DNA from: Candidatus Latescibacterota bacterium
GTDB taxonomy: Bacteria > Latescibacterota > UBA2968 > UBA8231
Length of the DNA stretch: 64,000 nucleotides
Assembly (NCBI GenBank): GCA_964291625.2
Contig: OZ220089.1
Span: 3,744,001-3,808,000, forward strand
Direction: 5' to 3'
Numbering within the stretch: the first letter of the stretch is position 1; each line of letters starts with the position of its first letter. The translations under genes and the position numbers were made by a program. Below the pieces are notes generated by a model that did no database searches, had not been told where the DNA came from, and saw only the letters and a list, made by a program, of their open reading frames with translations. This document shows positions 18,375 through 27,832 of the stretch, in pieces.

Positions 18375-19268
18375 ATGACCGACTGGCACGAAGCCCTCAC
18401 CCTCGACGGCGAACGCCGGATCACCGGCGGCAGCCCGGACCGCCTCGCCGACGCCGTGCGGCGCGGCGCCGACCTGCGCATCCTCACCGAGTTCCGCCAC
18501 GACGAGCACATCGACGTGGAGTCGGACTGCTCCGAGCTGGTGCGCGAGGCCGCCGAGTTCGCCGTCACCCATCTGGTGGACGACCGCTGGTGCGCGGGGA
18601 TCATGAGCCTGCGCCAGCCGGTGGACCTGCCCGATGGCTTCGGGCCGCGGCCGTCGATGTCGTACTTCCTCTACAACCAGGACGGCACCCAGGCGATCGC
18701 GCGGCTCCACCTCGACGGGCAGGCCGCCGCCGGTCCGCCGGGCTCCTCATCCTCCGAGGGGCCGGAGATGCCGAAATACCACGCCGCCGACTTCTGGGAC
18801 GGCGGCACCAACGCCCCCAGTCACAACTTCGTGTACGACTTCGACAGCTTCCGCTACTGCGTGAACGACCGCTGGCGGGAGGTGCTGGCCCACGACGCCG
18901 ACGGGGCCGTGCGTTCGGGGTCGGTGGCCGCCCTCGGGCAGGCCTTCGCCGCCGGCTGCGCCGTCAAGGCCGGCGTCGCCGGGCTGTGCGCCGAGCTGTC
19001 GGAGTCCGGCCTCGGCCACGAGCTGTTCGTGCAGACGGGCTCGGGGTATCACTACACGGAGACGGACCTGTTCATCGCCGGCTCCCACCCCGTGATCCGC
19101 GTGGCCCCGGCGGTCCCCATGGTCTACCGCAGCGGCAACTGGGACTCGGGGTGGCTGGTGCTGCGCACCGACGGCGTCGTCGTCTACCGCCGCTGCGATC
19201 CCTACACCCTCGCCTTCGAGGACCGCCGCTACCGCTGCCCCGTCCGCTGGTTCGTCAGCGGCGGTTGA
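18375..19268 (+). CDS. Hypothetical protein with internal duplication
   Basis: Typical codon usage, 4 nt after the previous stop; two similar halves. Confidence 0.75.
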   Translation: MTDWHEALTLDGERRITGGSPDRLADAVRRGADLRILTEFRHDEHIDVESDCSELVREAAEFAVTHLVDDRWCAGIMSLRQPVDLPDGFGPRPSMSYFLYNQDGTQAIARLHLDGQAAAGPPGSSSSEGPEMPKYHAADFWDGGTNAPSHNFVYDFDSFRYCVNDRWREVLAHDADGAVRSGSVAALGQAFAAGCAVKAGVAGLCAELSESGLGHELFVQTGSGYHYTETDLFIAGSHPVIRVAPAVPMVYRSGNWDSGWLVLRTDGVVVYRRCDPYTLAFEDRRYRCPVRWFVSGG

Positions 19269-19488
19269 TCCGCCTCCTGCAGGAAGGCCGACGGCGAGAC
19301 CCCGAATCGCCTGGACAAAGCCCTGGGGAGGTGCAGCCGCCGCCAGGGTGCGTTCCGCCGCCGCGCCTGTGGTCCTGGGCACACAGCCGCCGGGCGCATC
19401 TGTAGCCTGAGGCACACACCCGCCGCCGCCTGATCCCCCAGGTCTCGCCGGACCGCCCCCCGGCACGGGGATTGCAGCCCCCGGCGGC

Positions 19489-21030
19489 GTGACCGCCACC
19501 GTCCTCTCCGCCGCCACCGTCGGCGTCGACGCCCGGCTCGTCCACGTCGAGGTCGACACCGACCGCAAGCTGCCCTCCTTCACCCTCGTGGGCCTGCCGG
19601 ACTCGGCCGTGCGCGAGAGCCGCGAGCGGGTCATGGCGGCGGTGCGCAACGCCGGGTTCCAGTGGCCGCGGCGGCGGGTCACGGTGAACCTGGCACCGGC
19701 GGACCTGCGCAAGGAGGGCTCCGCCTTCGACCTGGCCATCGCCGCCGGGGTGCTGGTCGCCTCCGAGCAGGTGAAGGCCGACACCCTGGAGGACTTCGCC
19801 CTCCTCGGCGAGCTCTCCCTCGACGGCTCGGTGCGCCCGGTGCGGGGCCTGCTGTCGATGGCCACCGGCCTCGGGGAGCGCGGCGTCTACGCCGCCATCG
19901 TCCCGCAGGCGAACGCGCGCGAGGCGGCCATGGCCGACGGGCCGGTGATCTTCCCGGTGCGCAGCCTGTCGGAGGCGGTGGAGGTCCTGGAGGGCAGCGT
20001 CCGCATCCGCCCCTGCGTGGTCGACGCCGGGGCGGCCCTGCGGCAGGAGGAGGCCTTCGACGAGCACGACTTCGCCGACGTGCGCGGCCAGGAGCACGCC
20101 AAGCGGGCCCTCGAGGTCGCCGCCGCCGGGGGCCACAACGCCGTCCTCATCGGGCCGCCCGGAGCCGGCAAGACCATGCTCGCCCGGCGCATGCCCTCGA
20201 TCCTGTCGGCGCCGACGGTGCGGGAGGCCCTGGCCGTGACCCGCATCCACTCGGTGGCCGGGGTGCTGGCGCCGGGCCAGGCCCTGGTGACGCGCCGGCC
20301 CTTCCGGGCGCCCCATCACACCATCAGCGACGCCGGCCTCATCGGCGGCGGACCGTCGCCGCGCCCGGGGGAGGTCTCCCTCTCCCACCACGGCGTGCTC
20401 TTCCTCGACGAGCTGCCGGAGTTCCAGCGGCGGGCGGTGGAGTCCCTGCGCCAGCCCATGGAGGAGTGCCGGGTCACCATCGGCCGCGCCGCCGCCACCC
20501 TGACCTTCCCGGCGCGGTTCATGCTCGTGGCCTCCATGAACCCCTGCCCCTGCGGCTACCTCGGCCACCCGCGCCAGGACTGCCTGTGCCCGCCCCGCGC
20601 CGTGGAGCGCTACCGCACGCGGCTGTCAGGGCCCCTGCTGGACCGCATCGACCTGCACGTGGAGGTGCCCGCCGTCGGCTTCGACGACCTCGCCGAGGGG
20701 CCGCCGGGGGAGCCCTCCGCCGAGGTGCGGAGCCGCGTCGAGGCGGCGCGGCAGGTCCAGCAGGAGCGCTTCGGAGAGGAGAGCGGCGTGTACTGCAACG
20801 CTCACATGGACGCCCGTCACGTGCGCGTCTACTGCCGGCCCCTGCCCCGCGAGGCGGCCGGTCTCCTGCGCGCCGCCCTGGAGCGCCTCGGCCTGTCGGC
20901 CCGGGCCCACGACCGCATCCTCAAGGTGGCGCGGACCATCGCCGACCTGGCGGGGGCCGAGCGGATCGAGGCCGCCCACGTGGCCGAGGCGGTGCAGTAC
21001 CGGGGGCTGGATCGGCCGGTGCCGGCCTGA
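19489..21030 (+). CDS. comM: YifB/ComM Mg-chelatase-like AAA+ ATPase
   Basis: VGLPDSAVRESRER, NLAPADLRKEGS.FDL, GPPGAGKT, RPFRAPHH, LFLDELPEF, NPCPCG. Confidence 0.95.
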   Translation: MTATVLSAATVGVDARLVHVEVDTDRKLPSFTLVGLPDSAVRESRERVMAAVRNAGFQWPRRRVTVNLAPADLRKEGSAFDLAIAAGVLVASEQVKADTLEDFALLGELSLDGSVRPVRGLLSMATGLGERGVYAAIVPQANAREAAMADGPVIFPVRSLSEAVEVLEGSVRIRPCVVDAGAALRQEEAFDEHDFADVRGQEHAKRALEVAAAGGHNAVLIGPPGAGKTMLARRMPSILSAPTVREALAVTRIHSVAGVLAPGQALVTRRPFRAPHHTISDAGLIGGGPSPRPGEVSLSHHGVLFLDELPEFQRRAVESLRQPMEECRVTIGRAAATLTFPARFMLVASMNPCPCGYLGHPRQDCLCPPRAVERYRTRLSGPLLDRIDLHVEVPAVGFDDLAEGPPGEPSAEVRSRVEAARQVQQERFGEESGVYCNAHMDARHVRVYCRPLPREAAGLLRAALERLGLSARAHDRILKVARTIADLAGAERIEAAHVAEAVQYRGLDRPVPA

Positions 21031-21098
21031 GGGATCCGCCGCGATGGCATGGCCCTCACCAGGGTGTATATTCGGCAACACATGGGAAAGGCATACTC

Positions 21099-21545
21099 GT
21101 GAGACCAGGAACATCCTCTGCTTCTGGCGAAGGTCGGGGCCCCGAGCGCGCGAGTTGGTCTCCTCAGGAGACCGAACTTCGGCTGGAGCGCCTCCAGGAA
21201 GACACCGACAGGATCCGATCCCAGGTAGACAGGGTGGCAGGTTTCTTCGAAGGTCCGAATGGCGTATGGGTCCGGCTCCAGGGCATCGAGGAGGCTCAGA
21301 AAGACATAGGAGAGCTCAGGAAGGACATGAGAGAGCTCAAGAGTGAAGTGGGCAAACTGAACAGCACCCGCAACAAGGTCATCGGAGGATGCGTGGCCGT
21401 GTCCGCCACGACCGCCTTGCTGATCGCCATCCTGCGGCTGGTTCCCGCCGATCCCCCCGTGATCCAGATCCTGCCGCCCTCCAGTGCCCTCCAGCAGACA
21501 CCCGAGGCTGCAGCGCCATCGGTACCGCCCAAGTCCACTTCCTAG
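21099..21545 (+). CDS. Hypothetical coiled-coil protein with one TM helix
   Basis: Heptad-like EEAQKDIGELRKDMRELKSEVGKL then hydrophobic VIGGCVAVSATTALLIAIL; lower GC; start uncertain. Confidence 0.6.
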   Translation: MRPGTSSASGEGRGPERASWSPQETELRLERLQEDTDRIRSQVDRVAGFFEGPNGVWVRLQGIEEAQKDIGELRKDMRELKSEVGKLNSTRNKVIGGCVAVSATTALLIAILRLVPADPPVIQILPPSSALQQTPEAAAPSVPPKSTS

Positions 21546-21576
21546 CAGCGAGGCCCACCCCGTCGCCTCCCGGACG

Positions 21577-22362
21577 ATGACCGGGGGCGGTCCCATCTCC
21601 TGCTGCGCCTGGGCCTTCGAGGGTCCGGTGACCGAGACCCTGGTCCGGCTGGCCGAGATCGGCCTGGGCGCCGTCGACGTGCGTCCCTCCACCCTGCGCG
21701 GCGCCGAGGCCCGGGCCCTGGTGCGCAACCTGGGGATGGAGGTCGGCTGCGTCGCCCTCTCCCACGAGATGCCGCCCGGGGCCACCCTCGACTCGGTGGA
21801 GGCCGGTCCCGTGGAGGCCGCCATGGCGCACCTGCTGGGGGGCCTGGACCAGGCGGTCACCGTGGGCGCCTCCCATGCTTACGTGGTCCCCGACGCGCCG
21901 GTCGATGGAGACTCCCTGAAGCGCTACGCCGAGGTCCTGCCCGGCCTCGCCGACTACGCCCGCGCCGCCGGCGCCCGGCTCTGCGTCGAGCACTTCCCCG
22001 GCACCGCCCTGCCCACCGCGGCCGCCACCCTCGACTTCCTGGAGGGCCTCGGCCACGACAACCTCTACCTGCTCTTCGACATCGGACACGCCCAGATGTC
22101 GGGAGAGGACCCGGCCGAGGTCCTGCCGGCGGCGGGGCCTCGCCTCGGTTACGTCCATCTCGACGACAACGACGGCGCCGGCGACCTGCACCTGGCCCTG
22201 ACCGACGGCGTGCAGACCCGCGAGTCCCTGGCCGGGTTTTTCAAGACCCTGGAGCGGATCGGCTATGACGGTCCCGTGAGCCTGGAGATGAGCCCGAACC
22301 TTCCCGACGTGGCCGGCGCCGTCCGCCGCGGCTTCCACCTGGTCGCCGGTCTGAGATCCTGA
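21577..22362 (+). CDS. Sugar phosphate isomerase/epimerase family
   Basis: VEHFPG, FDIGH, YVHLDDNDG.DLH, IGYDGPVSLE. Confidence 0.85.
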   Translation: MTGGGPISCCAWAFEGPVTETLVRLAEIGLGAVDVRPSTLRGAEARALVRNLGMEVGCVALSHEMPPGATLDSVEAGPVEAAMAHLLGGLDQAVTVGASHAYVVPDAPVDGDSLKRYAEVLPGLADYARAAGARLCVEHFPGTALPTAAATLDFLEGLGHDNLYLLFDIGHAQMSGEDPAEVLPAAGPRLGYVHLDDNDGAGDLHLALTDGVQTRESLAGFFKTLERIGYDGPVSLEMSPNLPDVAGAVRRGFHLVAGLRS

Positions 22363-23696
22363 TGCGCCTCATCGAGCGCCACCGGCGCCTGCTGCGGCGC
22401 ACCTTCCTCGACTACCAGCACCACGACGCCTTCGCCGAGAACCCCCTGATCGTGTCCCGGGCCGAGGGCCTCCACTACTGGGACGTGGAGGGCCGCCGCT
22501 ACTTCGACGGCATCGCCGGGGTCTACGCCGCCACCCTCGGCCACGGCCACCCGCGCGTCGTCGAGGCGGTGACGAAGCAGCTCGAGCGGCTCCCCTTCGC
22601 CCCGCCCATGCACGGCACCGCCGACGTCACCCTCGCCTTCGTCGAGCGCATGGGCCAGGTGACGCCCGGGAGCCTCGACTTCGTCAAGTCCTTCTCCGGG
22701 GGGTCGGAGTCGATGGAGGCGGCGATCAAGTTCGCCCGCCAGTACTTCCGCCAGACCGGCCGCCCCGGGAAGTACAAGTTCGTCAGCCGCTACCACGGCT
22801 ATCACGGCGCCACCCTCGGGGCGATGGCGGCCAGCGGCACCGGGCCCCGCAAGTCGCCCTTCGAGCCGGGGCCGGCGGGGTTCCTCAAGGTCTTCCCGCC
22901 CACCCACTACCGGGACCGCTTCGACAGCTGGGAGGAGTGCAACCGCTTCGCCGCGCAGCAGGTGGAGGACGTCATCGTCCACGAGGACCCGGAGACGGTG
23001 GCCGGGGTGATCCTCGAGCCGGTGAGCAACACCGGCGGTGTGATCACGCCCACGGCGGAGTACTTCCGGATCCTGCGCGATATCTGCGACCGCCACGAGG
23101 TGCTGCTCATCTTCGACGAGATCATCACCGCCTGCGGGCGCACGGGCTCGATGTTCGCCGCCCAGACCTACGGGGTCACGCCCGACATCATCTGCGGCGG
23201 CAAGGGCCTGTCGAGCGGCGCCGTCCCCTTGGGCGCCATGATGGCCCGCGAGGAGATGGCCGACGCCTTCCAGCGGCCCGGGTCCACCAACTTCGCCCAC
23301 GGCCACACCTACGCCGGCCACCCGGTGGCCTGCGCCGCGGGGATCGCCGTCATCGACGAGATCGTCGAGCAGGGCCTGGACCGACGCGCCCGGGAGCTGG
23401 GCGAGCGCCTGGCCGCCGGCCTGGAGGAGCTGCGCCGGCACGGGGTCGTGCGCGAGGTGCGCGGCAAGGGCCTGCTGCGGGGCGTGGAGCTGGTGCGCGA
23501 GGAGGGGTCGACCGAGCCCTTCCCCGAGCTCGGGGCGGCGCTCAAGAGGACGGCCCTGGCCAACGGCCTGATCCTGCGGGTGGACCCGTCCTGGTTCGCG
23601 GTGGGGCCGGCCCTGACGATCGACGAGGCCGGGGTCGACGAGCTGTGCGGGCGCATCGACCGCAGCCTCGCCGACGCCCTCGCCGGCCTGCGCTGA
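22362..23696 (+). CDS. Class III PLP aminotransferase
   Basis: SGGSESMEAAIK, YHGATLG, LIFDEIIT.GRTG, PDII..GKGLSSG, HGHTYAGHP. Confidence 0.95.
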   Translation: MRLIERHRRLLRRTFLDYQHHDAFAENPLIVSRAEGLHYWDVEGRRYFDGIAGVYAATLGHGHPRVVEAVTKQLERLPFAPPMHGTADVTLAFVERMGQVTPGSLDFVKSFSGGSESMEAAIKFARQYFRQTGRPGKYKFVSRYHGYHGATLGAMAASGTGPRKSPFEPGPAGFLKVFPPTHYRDRFDSWEECNRFAAQQVEDVIVHEDPETVAGVILEPVSNTGGVITPTAEYFRILRDICDRHEVLLIFDEIITACGRTGSMFAAQTYGVTPDIICGGKGLSSGAVPLGAMMAREEMADAFQRPGSTNFAHGHTYAGHPVACAAGIAVIDEIVEQGLDRRARELGERLAAGLEELRRHGVVREVRGKGLLRGVELVREEGSTEPFPELGAALKRTALANGLILRVDPSWFAVGPALTIDEAGVDELCGRIDRSLADALAGLR

Positions 23697-23709
23697 CGGC
23701 CGACCCCGG

Positions 23710-24564
23710 TTGGCGGCCCTCTACCTGATCGACGGCAGCTTCGAGTTGTTCCGCTGCTACTACGGGGCCCCGCGGGCCCGCCTCGACGACGGCCGCGAGG
23801 TCGGCGCCGTGCGCGGGCTCTTCGAGACCCTGGCGTCGCTGCTGCGCGAGGAGGACCTGGTCTACACGGCGATGGCCTTCGACGAGGTGGAAGCCCTGCA
23901 GGCGCGGTCTTCCGAGGACACGGAGAACATCCACGCCCAGTATCCCCTCGCCGTCGAGACCGGCCTCGCCCTCGGCATCGACACCTGGGTCATGTCCGGG
24001 TACTCGGCCGACGACGCCATCGCCTCGGCGGCCCACCACTTCGGCCGGGCCGCGGAGCTGAGCCGCATCGTCATCTGCTCCACCGACAACGACTTCGCCC
24101 AGTGCGTCCGCGGCGACCGCGTGGTCCTGCTGAACCGCATCCGCAAGGTGTGCAGCGGCGAGGCCGAGGTGGAGCGGAAGTTCGGCGTGCCGCCTGCGCG
24201 CATCCCCGAGTACCTGGCCCTGGTGGGGGACAAGTCCGACGGCATCCCGGGGATCCCGGGGTTCGGGCCGCGCACGGCGGCGGCCGTCATCCGGCGCTTC
24301 GGCGCCATGGAGGAGATCCCGGTGGACGTCGATGAGTGGGACGTGGAGGTGCGCGGCCGGGAGCGGCTGGCCGCCACCTTCCGGGAGCGCCGGGCCGAGG
24401 CGATCGCCTACCGGGACGCCTCGATCAAGCGTCTCGACGCGCCCCTGCCCGGCTCCCTGGAGGAGCTGCGCTACCACGGCGCCCACCGCCCGAGTGTCGA
24501 GGCCTTGGCCGCCGCGGTGGAGGCTCCCGGTCTCCTGAACCGGACCGTGCGCTATCCGGACTGA
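23710..24564 (+). CDS. Stand-alone 5'-3' exonuclease / flap endonuclease
   Basis: LYLIDG, ADDAIAS, STDND, LVGDKSDGIPGIPGFGPRTA (H3TH). Confidence 0.88.
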   Translation: MAALYLIDGSFELFRCYYGAPRARLDDGREVGAVRGLFETLASLLREEDLVYTAMAFDEVEALQARSSEDTENIHAQYPLAVETGLALGIDTWVMSGYSADDAIASAAHHFGRAAELSRIVICSTDNDFAQCVRGDRVVLLNRIRKVCSGEAEVERKFGVPPARIPEYLALVGDKSDGIPGIPGFGPRTAAAVIRRFGAMEEIPVDVDEWDVEVRGRERLAATFRERRAEAIAYRDASIKRLDAPLPGSLEELRYHGAHRPSVEALAAAVEAPGLLNRTVRYPD

Positions 24565-24582
24565 GCGCGGGTCCGTCCGGCT

Positions 24583-25053
24583 TCAGTCGTAGATCCCCAG
24601 CAGCTCCACCCGGAAGATCAGCACCGAGCAGCGCGGGATCCTGCCGCCGCCGGCGCCCTTCCTTCCGTAGGCGAGGCCGGGCGGGATGGTCAGCTTCGCC
24701 TCGCCGCCGCCGCGCAGCCGCTGCAGCCCCTCGGTCCAGCCGGGGATCACCTCCGACAGCTCGAACTCCTCCGGCCGGCCGCGCTCGTACGAGCTGTCGA
24801 AGACGGTGCCGTCGGGAAGCCGGCCCTCGTAGTGGACCTGCACCCGGTTGCCGGCCTCCGGCCGGGTGCCGTACCCGGCCTTCAGCTCGCGGTAGACGAG
24901 GCCGGACTCGGTGCGCACGGCGCCCGGCTCGGCGGCGGCGCGGTCGAGGATCTCCTGGTTCTCCGGGGTGTCGCAGGGGTCGTCGCAGGCGGCGGCGACC
25001 AGGGCCGCCAGGGCCAGGGCGGCCAGCGGCAACAGACGGGTCGGTGCAGGCAT
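24583..25053 (-). CDS. FKBP-type peptidyl-prolyl isomerase, lipoprotein
   Basis: Lipobox VAAAC; VHYEGRLPDGTVFDSS, VIPGWTEGL, IPPGLAYG. Confidence 0.95.
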   Translation of the reverse strand: MPAPTRLLPLAALALAALVAAACDDPCDTPENQEILDRAAAEPGAVRTESGLVYRELKAGYGTRPEAGNRVQVHYEGRLPDGTVFDSSYERGRPEEFELSEVIPGWTEGLQRLRGGGEAKLTIPPGLAYGRKGAGGGRIPRCSVLIFRVELLGIYD

Positions 25054-25116
25054 GGATCACCTCGCGGGTTGGGCTGTGACGTTGGGCCGGGCGTCCGGCG
25101 GCGGACGAGCTCCCGG

Positions 25117-26151
25117 TCAGCCGAGGACGCTGCGCAGGGTGTGGGCGAAGTCGTCCACGTCCTCCTCGGTGGTGTCCCACGAGGCCATCCAGCGGACCTC
25201 GCCGGACTCCTCGTCCCACACGGCGAAGCGCGCCAGGCGGCGCAGCCTTTCCAGGCGGTCGAGGGGCACCCGCGCAAAGACGGCGCTGGCCTGGGTCGGC
25301 CGCGAGATGCGCAGGCCGGGCAGGTCGTGGACGGCGTCGTGGAGGCGGCGGGCCATGGCGTTGGCGTGGGAGGCGATCCGCAGCCACAGGTCGTCCTCGA
25401 GGAGGGCGAGGAACTGGGCGCTGAGGAAGCGCATCTTCGAGGCCAGCTGCAGGCCCTGCTTGTGGACGTAGGCCAGGCGGCCGGCCAGGGAGGGGTCGAA
25501 GTAGACCACGGCCTCGCCGACCATGAGGCCGCACTTGGTGCCGCCGAAGCTGAGGAGGTCGACGCCGGCGTCGGCGGTGATCGCGCGCAGGCCCAGGCCC
25601 AGGGAGGCGGCGGCGTTGGCCAGGCGCGCCCCGTCCATGTGCAGGAGCCAGCCGCGCTCGTGGACGGCGTCGGCCAGGGCCCGCAACTCGCCGAGGGTGT
25701 AGACCGTGCCCAGCTCGGTGGCCTGCGTGATCGACAGCAGGCGCGGCTTCGACTGGTGGGGCTCGGCGTGGCCCTCGGGCACCTGCTCCAGGCAGGCCGG
25801 GTCGAGCTTGCCGTCCTCCGACTCCACCACCAGAACGCGGCAGCCGGCGAAGCGCTCGATGGCGCCGCACTCGTCGATGTGGATGTGCGAGGTGCGGGCG
25901 CTGACCACGGCCTGCCAGGCGTCGACGGCGCCGGCGGCGGCGACGACGTTGGCGGCAGTGCCGTTGAAGACGAGGTGGGTCACCGTCTCCGGGCCGAAGA
26001 TCTCCCGGAACCGGTCGTGGACGGCGGCGGTGAGGGGATCGCCCCCGTACGAGGGCACGTGCCCCCGGTTCGCCTCGGCGATGGCCTCCATCACCCGGGG
26101 GTGGATGCCGGCCTCGTTGTCGCTGCAGAACTGGCGTCGGTCGTCGCTCAT
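25117..26151 (-). CDS. ltaE: Low-specificity L-threonine aldolase
   Basis: FCSDN, YGGD, FNGTAAN, TQATELGTVY, HMDGARLANA, SFGGTK, QLASKMRF. Confidence 0.9.
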   Translation of the reverse strand: MSDDRRQFCSDNEAGIHPRVMEAIAEANRGHVPSYGGDPLTAAVHDRFREIFGPETVTHLVFNGTAANVVAAAGAVDAWQAVVSARTSHIHIDECGAIERFAGCRVLVVESEDGKLDPACLEQVPEGHAEPHQSKPRLLSITQATELGTVYTLGELRALADAVHERGWLLHMDGARLANAAASLGLGLRAITADAGVDLLSFGGTKCGLMVGEAVVYFDPSLAGRLAYVHKQGLQLASKMRFLSAQFLALLEDDLWLRIASHANAMARRLHDAVHDLPGLRISRPTQASAVFARVPLDRLERLRRLARFAVWDEESGEVRWMASWDTTEEDVDDFAHTLRSVLG

Positions 26152-26444
26152 GGGACACATCATCTTCAACAGGCGGGTGTCGCGCAAGGGTGCGGAGGAT
26201 CCGGTCCGCGAGGGACTGGCACGCACCTTGCATGGTCCGGGGCGAAGGAGCCACGGTCCTTCCCGCCCCGGCGGGTGAAGAGGGCCGCGAGAGAGGCGCC
26301 GAGGAAGGCGAGCCGGACGCAGCACGCAAAGATTGCCATCGGCCGGCTCCGTTCACGGCAGGAATTGCACCGCTCGTGATCGGGCTCCGCTGTCATGCCA
26401 CCGGCGGCTACGGGGGGCCGCGCAGATGAGAGGAGTCATGAGAG

Positions 26445-26537
26445 ATGCGACGGGAGCTTGTGAATCAGGCCCTGGTGTACGGTCTGGTCGGCGTTCTCGT
26501 CATCCTCGTCTTTCCCGTCTTCAGCCGCATCGTCTGA
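26445..26537 (+). CDS. Small single-TM protein (30 aa)
   Basis: MRRELVNQALVYGLVGVLVILVFPVFSRIV; AGGAG at 26431-26435; GC3-rich codons. Confidence 0.55.
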   Translation: MRRELVNQALVYGLVGVLVILVFPVFSRIV

Positions 26538-26658
26538 GCGACGGCCGGAGAGCGAAGGAGGATGGCGGGGGGCCGCCGGCCCGCCCGCTACACGGGATCA
26601 TCGTGACGGCGGAGGGACCGCCGTCGACATCGCACCCACAGACTCGAAGGAGATCGAC

Positions 26659-26802
26659 ATGCGTCTTGTCCATACGGGCATCCGTCCATCGCGTCGTGTC
26701 GCCGAGAGCCTGGCGCGCGTGCTGTGGTGGATGCTCGCCCTGACGGCGGCATACTCCGTGGCCAGCGATCCCGGAACCTTGCTCGCCGTGGTCCCCGGGT
26801 GA
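26659..26802 (+). CDS. Small hydrophobic protein (47 aa)
   Basis: MRLVHTGIRPSRRVAESLARVLWWMLALTAAYSVASDPGTLLAVVPG; AAGGAG RBS 6 nt upstream. Confidence 0.5.
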   Translation: MRLVHTGIRPSRRVAESLARVLWWMLALTAAYSVASDPGTLLAVVPG

Positions 26803-26818
26803 CCGCCCGGCCGTAGCC

Positions 26819-27832
26819 GTGGACGATTCCCGGATCGAGGGGCTGCTCGACGCCGTGCCCGCCCTGGCGGTGCTGGCCGGGCTGCGCCTCGACCTGTTCA
26901 GTCACGTGGCCGACACGCCGCGGACGGCGGCCGAGGCCGCCGCCCGGATCGGCGGCGACGAGCGCCGCCTGGAGAGCCTCCTGCACGCGCTGGCCGCCCT
27001 CGACCTGCTCGAGGTGCGGCCGGCCGGCGGGGGGGGGCCGCCGCGGTTCCTCTGCCGGCCGGCGGCCGCCCGCCGCCTGGCCGCCGCCGGCGAGGACTAC
27101 GCCGGCCACGGCCGCGAGCTGGCCGCCCGCCTCTGGGGCGCCGGTCTCACCGTGGCCGATTCCATCCGCCAGGGGGCGGCCACGGCCCCCCAAGCCGCAG
27201 GGGGCGACTCCGCCGAGGAGACCGCCGCCTTCCTGCGCGCCCTGCACCCCGGGGCCCTCCGGACCGGCCGGGAGATCGCCCGCCGCGGCTGGCTCGCCGG
27301 CTGCCGCCGCATCGTCGACGCCGGCGGCGGCTCCGGCGGTCTGGCCGCGGCCCTGCACCAGGACCTGCCCGGATCGGAGGTCTGCGTGGTCGAGCGCGGG
27401 TCGGCGGCCCCCTGGACGCGGCGTCTCCTCGAGGAGGAGGGCGCCGCCGGCGTGCGCGTCGTCGAGGGGGATCTCGCGGCCGGGGGCTCCGGCCTGGAGG
27501 ACGGGCTCGACCTGCCCTGCGACGGCGTCGTCTGCCTCTCCTTCCTGCAGGTCCTCGGGCCGGAGGATGCGGCCCGGGTGATCGCCCGCATCGCCGGCTG
27601 GCTGCGCCCCGGCGGCCGCCTGGTGATCGCCGGCATGGGGGTCCTGGGCGACGACCGCCTCTCCCCCCGCGACTCGGCGGTCCACAACATCCTCCTCGGC
27701 ACCCTCTACGAGGACGGCCGCGGCTACACCCTCTCCGAGCACAGCCGCTGGCTCGAGGCGGCCGGATTCACCGCCGTCGAGTGGGACGAGCTGACCGACG
27801 GCCGCGGCGCCGTCCGCGCCGTCAGAAGATGA
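26819..27832 (+). CDS. O-methyltransferase family 2 (dimerisation plus SAM-binding domain)
   Basis: N-terminal wHTH-like LDLFS...LLHALAALDLL; VDAGGGSG; LRPGGRL. Confidence 0.88.
   Translation: MDDSRIEGLLDAVPALAVLAGLRLDLFSHVADTPRTAAEAAARIGGDERRLESLLHALAALDLLEVRPAGGGGPPRFLCRPAAARRLAAAGEDYAGHGRELAARLWGAGLTVADSIRQGAATAPQAAGGDSAEETAAFLRALHPGALRTGREIARRGWLAGCRRIVDAGGGSGGLAAALHQDLPGSEVCVVERGSAAPWTRRLLEEEGAAGVRVVEGDLAAGGSGLEDGLDLPCDGVVCLSFLQVLGPEDAARVIARIAGWLRPGGRLVIAGMGVLGDDRLSPRDSAVHNILLGTLYEDGRGYTLSEHSRWLEAAGFTAVEWDELTDGRGAVRAVRR

Noticed and set aside
19270-19488. Short imperfect repeats (CTG(A)GGCACACA.CCGCCG twice) before comM
   Set aside because: Only two degenerate copies, no spacer regularity or cas genes; not CRISPR and too weak to call
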